Shown piece by piece: positions 27,297 to 34,337 of a stretch of DNA of 64,000 bases. Made by a program: the position numbers and the translations under genes. The notes beneath the pieces are model-generated. The model did no database searches. It saw nothing but the letters and a program-made list of their open reading frames with translations, and was not told where the DNA came from. The DNA lies in contig JBAXGD010000002.1 in the NCBI GenBank assembly GCA_037139575.1, positions 66-64,065 on the forward strand, read 5' to 3'. Numbering within the stretch: the stretch's first letter is position 1; each line of letters begins with the position of its first letter. The DNA is from a bacterium. Its GTDB lineage: Bacteria > Patescibacteriota > Saccharimonadia > Saccharimonadales > UBA4665.

Positions 27297-28322
27297 ATGT
27301 TAGACGACTTGAAATTTATTCACGAAAAGGATGCCGATGATGTTCTGGGTACTGCGGGCAAGCAGTGGCAACAGGTTTTGGAGGACTATTCAATTGAAGT
27401 GGAAAAGCAATCTTTCGATAATGTCGTTCTTTCTGGGATGGGTGGTTCGGCACTGGCTGCAGCATTAGCCCAATCATGGCCAGGTTTTAGTGTCCCATTT
27501 GTGATTTCAAGAGATTACTCGATTCCCTCATTTTTGAATGAGAAGAGTTTATTCATTGCATCTAGTTATTCGGGCAATACCGAAGAAACATTAACCGCTC
27601 TTTCTAGCGCAGAAAAAACGGGAGCTACTATCGTAGTGATTTCTTCGGGAGGAACACTAGAACAGATAGCCCTGAAGAACGGCTACACATTCGCTAAATT
27701 ACCTGGAGGTTTGCAGCCACGACACGCTACTCTTTATGGTTTAAAGGCGCTTCTACAAATTACGGATGGTTTTGGTCTAACTGAAAATAGGGCGAATGAA
27801 CTAACATCGAAAAGTGATTATCTTAAAAAGCTGTGCGAGCCATGGTCTGCAGAGAAGCCTACAAAAGGAAATTTGGCTAAGGAAATAGCTCAAGAACTGA
27901 TGGGGAAGTCTATTGTCGTATATTCTGGTCCAGTACTGGGACCGGTTGGCTACAAATGGAAAATTAGTTTCAATGAGAATTCCAAGCACATTGCTTGGTT
28001 CAACCAATTCCCCGAATTTAACCATAATGAATTTCTTGGTTGGACTAAACAACCTACTCAAAAACCCTATGCCGTAATTGATCTAAGAACTTCGTTTGAT
28101 AATCCTAGAATCGCAAAACGTTTTGAGGTTACAAAGAAACTGCTTAGTGGTTTAAGGCCTAATCCTATAACTGTTGAAGCAAAAGGTGACGATAAGCTAG
28201 AGCAAATGCTCTGGACAATGTTACTTGGAGATTTCACTAGTATTTACCTAGCCTTATTGTCTAATCTTAATCCATTCCCAGTAGCCCTTATTGAAGATCT
28301 GAAAAAAGAACTAGCTGATTAG
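27297..28322 (+). CDS. Bifunctional phosphoglucose/phosphomannose isomerase-type SIS-domain protein
   Basis: GMGGSALAA and SYSGNTEET SIS motifs. Its 341-aa length and C-terminal region are typical of the PGI/PMI family. Confidence 0.75.
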   Translation: MLDDLKFIHEKDADDVLGTAGKQWQQVLEDYSIEVEKQSFDNVVLSGMGGSALAAALAQSWPGFSVPFVISRDYSIPSFLNEKSLFIASSYSGNTEETLTALSSAEKTGATIVVISSGGTLEQIALKNGYTFAKLPGGLQPRHATLYGLKALLQITDGFGLTENRANELTSKSDYLKKLCEPWSAEKPTKGNLAKEIAQELMGKSIVVYSGPVLGPVGYKWKISFNENSKHIAWFNQFPEFNHNEFLGWTKQPTQKPYAVIDLRTSFDNPRIAKRFEVTKKLLSGLRPNPITVEAKGDDKLEQMLWTMLLGDFTSIYLALLSNLNPFPVALIEDLKKELAD

Positions 28323-28361
28323 GCTTTTGTTTATAGACCACAAAAATTATATAATAGGCTG

Positions 28362-29042
28362 ATGAGAGAAAAAGCTGTTAAAGGCTATGGGGGTATATAT
28401 CTGGCGTTGGGTCTTCAGGCCCTAGTTTCCATTGTATTTCTAATTACAGGAGCTTTACTCGATCGTACCAATCAGCTGCTATTCATGATTTTTAATCTCT
28501 TCTTGGCATGGGTGCCTCTACTAATAGCAGTGTTGATAAATAAATACTTAAGGAAGAAACCATGGGTAAGTCCTTTGGGGATCATTCTTTTCTTGGCCTG
28601 GTTGTGTTTTTTGCCAAATAGCTTTTATATAATTAGCGACTCAGTACATCTGATCAATTTGAATAGCCCCGATATTCTTGTGAGTATAGTGGCATTCTTT
28701 CTTATGTCATTGAATGGACTACTTGTTGGGCTAATAAGTGTCTATGTCATCAACCTAGAGCTCAATAAGCGAATTAAAGGCTTTTCCTCAGTAGCGACAT
28801 TAGTAGGAATTTTTTTAATATGTGGTTTTGCGGTTTATCTTGGTCGTTTTCTTAGGTTCAACAGCTGGGATGTTATAACTAACCCGGTGTCCTTGATATT
28901 CGATGTGTCGAATCCTATTTTTGACGTCAACACTCAGAAAGAAGCCATCACAACATGCATTGGTTTTTTTGGGATTATTGGTACTAGCTATTTAATACTT
29001 TGGCGCTCAATTAACTATTTCAAGTCCCTTAAGCAGGGGTAG
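28362..29042 (+). CDS. Polytopic membrane protein (DUF1361-like)
   Basis: 226 aa with about 6 TM helices. The NLFLAWVPL and LPNSFYIISD segments resemble DUF1361 proteins. Confidence 0.55.
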   Translation: MREKAVKGYGGIYLALGLQALVSIVFLITGALLDRTNQLLFMIFNLFLAWVPLLIAVLINKYLRKKPWVSPLGIILFLAWLCFLPNSFYIISDSVHLINLNSPDILVSIVAFFLMSLNGLLVGLISVYVINLELNKRIKGFSSVATLVGIFLICGFAVYLGRFLRFNSWDVITNPVSLIFDVSNPIFDVNTQKEAITTCIGFFGIIGTSYLILWRSINYFKSLKQG

Positions 29043-29058
29043 TGATATACTAGTCTAG

Positions 29059-30762
29059 ATGAAAGATAAGATACAAAAAGTCATAAAAGACGAAATTTTC
29101 AAACACTTCAAAGTGACCGTAGACCCAGTTATTACCAGGCCAGATGAAAAATTTGGTGACTACACTACAAATATTAGCTTTGGTCTTGCCCATCAGCTCA
29201 ATAAGAATCCAAGAGAAATTGCTGAGAAATTAATCGAGGGAATAAGACATTCACTAGCATCTGATGCAATTCAAGTAAACAATGTTGCAAACTTTATTAA
29301 TATTAAGCTGAGTGACGAAGCTCTAATTAAAGACTCAGAGTTAGCTATTACATATAAGCCAAATTTGTATAAGGACCAGGTCATTGTCTGCGAATACTCT
29401 GACGCAAATCCATTCAAAGTATTTCACGTTGGACACCTGTACACATCAATCGTAGGTAATGCCATTGCTAATCTTTTTGAGGTGGCTGGTGGAAAAGTAT
29501 TCAGGGTAAATTTTGGTGGCGATGTAGGCAGACATGTTGCAATAAACATGTGGGCCATACTAAATACTGCCGGAAAGGGTGACCCAAAAGTGGCTCTAGA
29601 GTTTTTGGCAGGCCTAGAACCAAAGTCCTTAGATGAAAAAGCTGCTTATCTTGCAGATCGTTATGTTGAAGGAACTCAAGCATTTGAATCTGAGGAATCT
29701 GAACCCCATACTCAGATTACCGAACTTAATAAGAAGTTGTACGAAATTGTTAACTCAAAAGATCATGAATCTGACATTGCAAAGATTTATTGGCTCTGCA
29801 GAGACTGGAGCTATGCGTATTTTAAAAAGTTTTATCAGGATATAGAGATCACAGCCTTTGATCGCTATTATCCCGAAAGCGAAACTGCGCCAATTGGAAT
29901 AGATACTGTCAATAAACAATTAAAGAATGGTGTCTATGAGGAAAGTGATGGAGCAATAGTTTTTAAGGGTGAAAAATACGGTCTTCACACAAGAGTCTTT
30001 ATTACATCCCAGGGACTACCATCATATGAAGCTAAAGATTTGGGGCTAATTATGGCCAAATACAGAGACTTCAAATTTGATAAGTCTATCGTAATCACTG
30101 GCAACGAGATTACTGAATACATGAGGGTGGTGCTTAAAAGCTTAGAGCAGTATGAACCCAAATTGGTTGCCGCCACCACACACTTAACTCACGGAATGGT
30201 AAAGATGGCCGGTGGCGTAAAGATCAGTAGTAGGAAGGGTAATGGTCTTAGAGCAAGGCAAGTTATTGAAGATACTGCAAAAATTAATTTTGAAACTACT
30301 AACACAAAGAGCATGGAGACAACCCTTGGTGCAATCAAGTATGCCTTCCTAAAACAAAGACTTGGACCAGATTTGATATATAGCCCAGAAGAATCGGTCA
30401 GCATTACTGGAAACAGCGGACCATACCTACAATATTCACATGCTAGATCGAGGAGTATTCTTAAAAAAGTAGATAAGACAATTGAGCCATCGAGCTATGG
30501 GCTTGATGATCAGGAAAGACAGCTCACAAGAAAAATAAGTGAGTTCCCGGACTATTTAGACAAGTCTATTGCCGAAATCATGCCTCATCACCTTTGTACG
30601 TACCTCTATGAGCTATCCCAGTCGTTCAATAAGTTCTATGAGGCTAGTCGAGTCATTGGCGACGACAGAGAGGCTATAAGGCTCAAAATAGTTAGCTTAT
30701 ATTCAGATATTTTGAAGAAGGGCCTGGAGCTATTAAGTATTTCAGCTCCTAATCAGCTTTAA
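29059..30762 (+). CDS. argS: Arginine--tRNA ligase
   Basis: N-terminal Arg_tRNA_synt_N-like domain, FHVGHL (HIGH-like), ISSRKGN, and a C-terminal DALR anticodon-binding region (HHLCTYLYELSQSFNKFYE). Its last 93 nt are part of the left 227-bp repeat. Confidence 0.9.
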   Translation: MKDKIQKVIKDEIFKHFKVTVDPVITRPDEKFGDYTTNISFGLAHQLNKNPREIAEKLIEGIRHSLASDAIQVNNVANFINIKLSDEALIKDSELAITYKPNLYKDQVIVCEYSDANPFKVFHVGHLYTSIVGNAIANLFEVAGGKVFRVNFGGDVGRHVAINMWAILNTAGKGDPKVALEFLAGLEPKSLDEKAAYLADRYVEGTQAFESEESEPHTQITELNKKLYEIVNSKDHESDIAKIYWLCRDWSYAYFKKFYQDIEITAFDRYYPESETAPIGIDTVNKQLKNGVYEESDGAIVFKGEKYGLHTRVFITSQGLPSYEAKDLGLIMAKYRDFKFDKSIVITGNEITEYMRVVLKSLEQYEPKLVAATTHLTHGMVKMAGGVKISSRKGNGLRARQVIEDTAKINFETTNTKSMETTLGAIKYAFLKQRLGPDLIYSPEESVSITGNSGPYLQYSHARSRSILKKVDKTIEPSSYGLDDQERQLTRKISEFPDYLDKSIAEIMPHHLCTYLYELSQSFNKFYEASRVIGDDREAIRLKIVSLYSDILKKGLELLSISAPNQL

Positions 30763-30896
30763 TGAGTAGGGTATAATATCAATTACGTGAACATTATAGG
30801 AGATCATTGAATGGACAAAGTTCTAAAAGGAAGCAAACGTGCAGTTTCGAAAGTAGCACCATTAACTTCAAAAACCATTAATAAACAAGTTGGTGG
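30670..30896. repeat. Direct repeat, left copy (227 bp): argS 3' end + spacer + mscL 5' end
   Basis: Identical base for base to 34111-34337 (offset 3441) in my manual comparison. It contains TATAAT (30772-30777), an AGGAG RBS and the mscL ATG (30811). Confidence 0.95.
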
Positions 30897-30909
30897 CTTT
30901 ATTCAATAG
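30811..30909 (+). pseudogene. mscL: Truncated mscL 5' fragment (32 codons, then stop)
   Basis: MDKVLKGSKRAVSKVAPLTSKTINKQVGGF matches the intact MscL at 34252 for 30 residues, then diverges (IQ-stop) at the repeat boundary. Confidence 0.85.
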
Positions 30910-31000
30910 TTACAGGAGCGATACTTATAGTGGTCTGGAGATTTATCATAAAAACTGCAAGCGAGATAGAGAACGAAAAAAAGTAAAAAGCTGTGCTAGG

Positions 31001-31036
31001 TATCGTATTGACATACACATACGATAGGCATACAAT
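31001..31036 (+). promoter_or_regulatory. Consensus promoter of the TA operon embedded in an inverted repeat (putative antitoxin operator)
   Basis: TTGACA (31008-31013), 17 nt, TACAAT (31031-31036). The inverted repeat TATCGTA (31001-31007) / TACGATA (31020-31026) brackets the -35 box. The ATG at 31046 is only 10 nt from the -10 box, so the mRNA is (near-)leaderless and there is no SD. Confidence 0.55.
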
Positions 31037-31045
31037 AGCTATATT

Positions 31046-31330
31046 ATGAGTAACGTACAACTAAGTATAAAAACAGACGAGAACACCAAGCGAGAGCTAA
31101 AGACTTTTGCCACAGAGCTAGGTGTATCAAGCACCGCCCTTGTAAATATGGTCGTAAAGCAGGCTCTACGAGACCGCCGTGTAGTTTTGAGCACCAACCT
31201 TGAGCCAACTCCCTACCTTGAACAAGTTATGAGGGACGCCGACGCCGACTATAAAGCCGACCGTGATATTACACATACTAAAGGCTCAAAAGGGGCATTA
31301 GCCCACCTCGACAGCTTAATGAAAAAGTAA
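31046..31330 (+). CDS. Type II antitoxin, RelB/DinJ-like ribbon-helix-helix
   Basis: MSNVQLSIKTDENTKRELKTFATELGVSSTALVNMVVKQAL is an RHH-type N-terminus of DinJ/RelB antitoxins. 94 aa; stops 3 nt before the toxin ATG. Confidence 0.75.
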   Translation: MSNVQLSIKTDENTKRELKTFATELGVSSTALVNMVVKQALRDRRVVLSTNLEPTPYLEQVMRDADADYKADRDITHTKGSKGALAHLDSLMKK

Positions 31331-31333
31331 ATT

Positions 31334-31594
31334 ATGGACGTTGATTTTACTAAGGCGTTCAATAAACAATTTGATAAATTACCCCGTAAAAAGCAGGAGC
31401 AAGCTAGGGACGCCGTAGCTCTATTTGTAGAGGACATATCCGCTACACCGCTCCGTAATCACGGACTAAAGGGCGAGTGGTTAGGCTACCGTTCTATCAG
31501 TGCGGGAGGCGACTTACGCCTACACTATCAAGTGATTACCGAGACAAAGGTACTCTTTGTCGCTGTTGGCTCACATAGTCAGTTATACAAATAA
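31334..31594 (+). CDS. Type II toxin, RelE/YafQ-family mRNA interferase
   Basis: 86 aa. ...PLRNHGLKGEWLGYRSISAGGDLRLHYQVITETKVLFVAVGSHSQLY parallels the YafQ/RelE core (H-x-L-x-G-x-W-x-G-x-R ... D-x-(L/R)-L-x-Y ... GTH). Confidence 0.75.
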   Translation: MDVDFTKAFNKQFDKLPRKKQEQARDAVALFVEDISATPLRNHGLKGEWLGYRSISAGGDLRLHYQVITETKVLFVAVGSHSQLYK

Positions 31595-31596
31595 CG

Positions 31597-31631
31597 TGTA
31601 AACAATGTTTACTATGTTTACGTTGTAAACA
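31597..31631. repeat. Four GTAAACA/TGTTTAC half-sites in alternating orientation
   Basis: TGTAAACA (31597-31604) a TGTTTAC (31606-31612) ta TGTTTAC (31615-31621) gt TGTAAACA (31624-31631). The array begins 3 nt after the toxin stop codon. Confidence 0.8.
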
Positions 31632-31743
31632 AGTACCTAACTTATTGCTCGTGCAGACACCTTGTCGCATAATAGCCTTACTTGTTAGGTCTCACATATT
31701 GCCGCTTACAGCGAGCAACAAGGAGTAAGTCCCACCTGTGGCA

Positions 31744-31772
31744 TTGACACGAACCTTAAAATATGATAGTCT
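31744..31772 (+). promoter_or_regulatory. Possible promoter for the 658-aa gene
   Basis: TTGACA (31744-31749), 17 nt including a TG at 31764-31765 (extended -10 position), TAGTCT (31767-31772). The -10 box is weak. Confidence 0.3.
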
Positions 31773-31814
31773 GTTAGACACAAAAAATAAAAAACGTAAC
31801 GCTACAATTACACT

Positions 31815-33791
31815 ATGCAAACACCCGGAAGCTCATTTCTACACGAGAGAAACCCCAATCTCCACGCTTCGCAAGAAGTAGAAGGTGTGGTGGGCTATTT
31901 GCGTGCTGGCGGTGAGCATATCCCAAATGAGCCAGCAGATAAGATCTCTGCTCATTTAGGCTTTCTTGCTCATAGAGAATACGTCAATGACGGCATACTA
32001 ACTGGTGACCAATCGAGTATTGATCGCCAGATTGAAGCCAATGTCATTAAGGCCGAAAATGTACCGGATGGCTACTTTGAACTACAGCGTCGTATAGCTC
32101 GTGAACAAGGACACGGTGACGTTACTATTACCCAAAATATGCGTGAGCAAATGACTGAAGCAGTTCAGGCTGATCAGCGAGTCGGACTTGGCAAATGGGT
32201 TGAGTACCTCGGTGGCGAAGATGGTGGCTATCCGGACTGGTTTAAGTCCTACACATTTTCTTCTGTCACGAAACTCGGCAATTACGATAAGGAAAAGGGC
32301 GAATTCCTGAAGCGTAGTCGTGGAACTACAGCCGCTTATCCGGAACTTAACCGTGAGGCTTTAGCCTATGTCTACGATGTGCTCAATAAATCAAGAGTGC
32401 AGCACGAGCCAGTTGATGGTGGTGCCAATAACGAACAGCTCCAAAAGTTACTGCAAGGTGCCAATTTTGGTAAACTCTATGCACATGCCGTTCTTGAGAT
32501 TGCTCCAACTTCACCGGAATTGCTCAAAGATACCAGAGGCTCTTGGACAAAGTTCAACCAGAGTTCAGACCCAAGAACAGCCCGAAGGCTCGCTGGTTCG
32601 TTGCAGGGGCATGGTACTGGCTGGTGCACAGCGGGCGAATCCACCGCAAACATACAGCTTCAGGGTGGCGACTTTTACGTCTATTACACTCGTGATGAAG
32701 ACGGAAAAGAGACTGTTCCGCGCGTAGCAATTCGTATGCAAGAAGGTTCAGTAGCCGAAGTGCGTGGTATCAATACTGCCCAAGAGCTTGAGTCCGAAAT
32801 GGCAGATATTACGTCTGAGCGTCTGCAAGATCTACCTGGGGGCGAAGAGTATATTCGAAGAGCCCAGGACATGAAACACCTGACTGCCATAGACAAGAAG
32901 ATAACAGCCGATCCTACTACTGAACTTACTGGCGATGAGCTACGATTTCTCTATGAACTGGACCATGACATCTCAGGATTTGGTTACAAACGTGATCCAC
33001 GCATTGACGAGATAAGGGCTAAACGAGAAGGCCGGGATAAGCCGGAACTTGCCCGCATACTCCCTGAAACCATTCGCGACCAGCTAAGAGGTGCGTTTAT
33101 GGCTTACAGCACTGTTGCAGGCCAACTAAAAACCGAGCGTCGCTTTCGCAAGCCAGAATCTGGCGTATCGGCACAAGAGCTTGAGCACCTGTTTGCTCTC
33201 AAAGATAAGGAATGGCAAGAAAACGGCGTCTACGATCACTTAGTGGAAGAACTGATTGCCAATGGTGCTCGCTATAACCTAGTAGCCACGCCTAATGTGG
33301 AAGCAACCGAAAAACAAATTGTTGCTTTGGCTGAAGCGTTTGGTAAAGACCAGCCTTACGAAACCTACGTGTACGATGAGCTATATCGTAAAGGCAGATA
33401 CACAGGCCGTGAATTTTCTGGTAACGGCGGTAGCGACCCAGTTCGCCTCAGCCTCATTCCATCCCGTCGTGATGCAGTTTTGAGCGGTAAAACGGTTGAA
33501 ACACAGGTGCGAATGCTGAGGGAGCAGCAAACTGGTAAGCCTAACCTCAATTTGCGTGTCCCAAGTGTTCTTGACGCTGTTACCTACTGGTACACGCTAC
33601 GAGCACAGGGCGACAAACTAGCCGACAGTAGCGCATTCGACAAAACCTATATCCGACACTTCGACCTAGAACCTAAGGCGGTCGCCGGGTGGTCGTTCGT
33701 TCCGTACTCCTACGTGCTCTACGGTGGCACGCCGAGCTTGTACCGCTCGGGTGTCGAGGACGACGATGGCGCTCGCGTGTCGGTGGGGTAA
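31815..33791 (+). CDS. 658-aa island protein of unknown function with a single cysteine in a GHGTGWCTAGES segment (possible PcfJ-like core)
   Basis: Long uninterrupted ORF with GC-rich codon usage unlike its neighbours. No signal peptide, TM helix, P-loop or nuclease motif recognised. Cys271 (32625-32627) is the only Cys. Confidence 0.8.
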   Translation: MQTPGSSFLHERNPNLHASQEVEGVVGYLRAGGEHIPNEPADKISAHLGFLAHREYVNDGILTGDQSSIDRQIEANVIKAENVPDGYFELQRRIAREQGHGDVTITQNMREQMTEAVQADQRVGLGKWVEYLGGEDGGYPDWFKSYTFSSVTKLGNYDKEKGEFLKRSRGTTAAYPELNREALAYVYDVLNKSRVQHEPVDGGANNEQLQKLLQGANFGKLYAHAVLEIAPTSPELLKDTRGSWTKFNQSSDPRTARRLAGSLQGHGTGWCTAGESTANIQLQGGDFYVYYTRDEDGKETVPRVAIRMQEGSVAEVRGINTAQELESEMADITSERLQDLPGGEEYIRRAQDMKHLTAIDKKITADPTTELTGDELRFLYELDHDISGFGYKRDPRIDEIRAKREGRDKPELARILPETIRDQLRGAFMAYSTVAGQLKTERRFRKPESGVSAQELEHLFALKDKEWQENGVYDHLVEELIANGARYNLVATPNVEATEKQIVALAEAFGKDQPYETYVYDELYRKGRYTGREFSGNGGSDPVRLSLIPSRRDAVLSGKTVETQVRMLREQQTGKPNLNLRVPSVLDAVTYWYTLRAQGDKLADSSAFDKTYIRHFDLEPKAVAGWSFVPYSYVLYGGTPSLYRSGVEDDDGARVSVG

Positions 33792-34084
33792 ATCCTTTAG
33801 CTTTTGCCCTTCCTTTTAGTCTTTCTTCTCTTTTTTCTTTCCGGTGCTTCTTCGAAATTTTTTTATCTAATAAACTACCTACGAATATAACTGTTCGGGG
33901 GTAAGTAGTCCAAAGATAACACCCATCGGTGCCCCTGATGGATAGTTGTTTGCATTATGCCTAAAAAGACTTTTCTAATAGAGGAGCCGCTACTTTTTAG
34001 AGCAGTAAGCACGTCAAGAACCCTTAACACCCCACGTGTCTTTAGTGGTAGTGCCAATATGGTGCTGAAACAATAGCGGTCTTT

Positions 34085-34100
34085 CAACCACGAGTGGTTG
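34085..34100. repeat. 16-bp palindrome 10 nt inside the right island junction
   Basis: CAACCAC-GA-GTGGTTG, with perfect 7-nt arms. Confidence 0.7.
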
Positions 34101-34110
34101 TTACGAACAG

Positions 34111-34337
34111 GAGGCTATAAGGCTCAAAATAGTTAGCTTATATTCAGATATTTTGAAGAAGGGCCTGGAGCTATTAAGTATTTCAGCTCCTAATCAGCTT
34201 TAATGAGTAGGGTATAATATCAATTACGTGAACATTATAGGAGATCATTGAATGGACAAAGTTCTAAAAGGAAGCAAACGTGCAGTTTCGAAAGTAGCAC
34301 CATTAACTTCAAAAACCATTAATAAACAAGTTGGTGG
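34111..34337. repeat. Direct repeat, right copy (227 bp)
   Basis: Identical to 30670-30896. Here the argS-derived 93 nt have no upstream reading frame, while the mscL part continues into the intact gene. Confidence 0.95.

Larger units (their letters stand above)
30897..34110. mobile_element. 3.2-kb inserted island of foreign composition, bounded by the 227-bp direct repeats; no recombinase gene
   Basis: It interrupts the otherwise contiguous argS-mscL junction. G+C is visibly higher than the flanks (spot counts of single 60-nt lines: 26/60 and 36/60 inside versus 25/60 in argS and lower in most flanking lines). It carries a TA pair and a 658-aa orphan gene. Confidence 0.75.

Noticed and set aside
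32368-33550. Several 61-119-aa ORFs in other frames or on the other strand inside the 658-aa island gene (32368-32727+, 32684-32896-, 33295-33483+, 33365-33550-).
   Set aside because: The GC-rich DNA suppresses stop codons. All of them are nested in the long ORF and have Arg/Ser/Cys-rich compositions typical of out-of-frame translation.
33875-34087. 70-aa minus-strand ORF in the island's non-coding tail, considered as a possible small recombination directionality factor or recombinase fragment.
   Set aside because: It has no RBS and no recognisable HTH or catalytic motif, and the frame ends within the hairpin-rich region. I cannot support it as coding.
30897-34110. Searched the island for an integrase, transposase, relaxase or reverse transcriptase, and for terminal inverted repeats, to classify it as a prophage remnant, IS element, ICE, retron or group II intron.
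   Set aside because: No ORF in any frame shows tyrosine/serine recombinase, DDE or RT motifs, and the ends are direct rather than inverted repeats. It therefore cannot be assigned to any of these classes.
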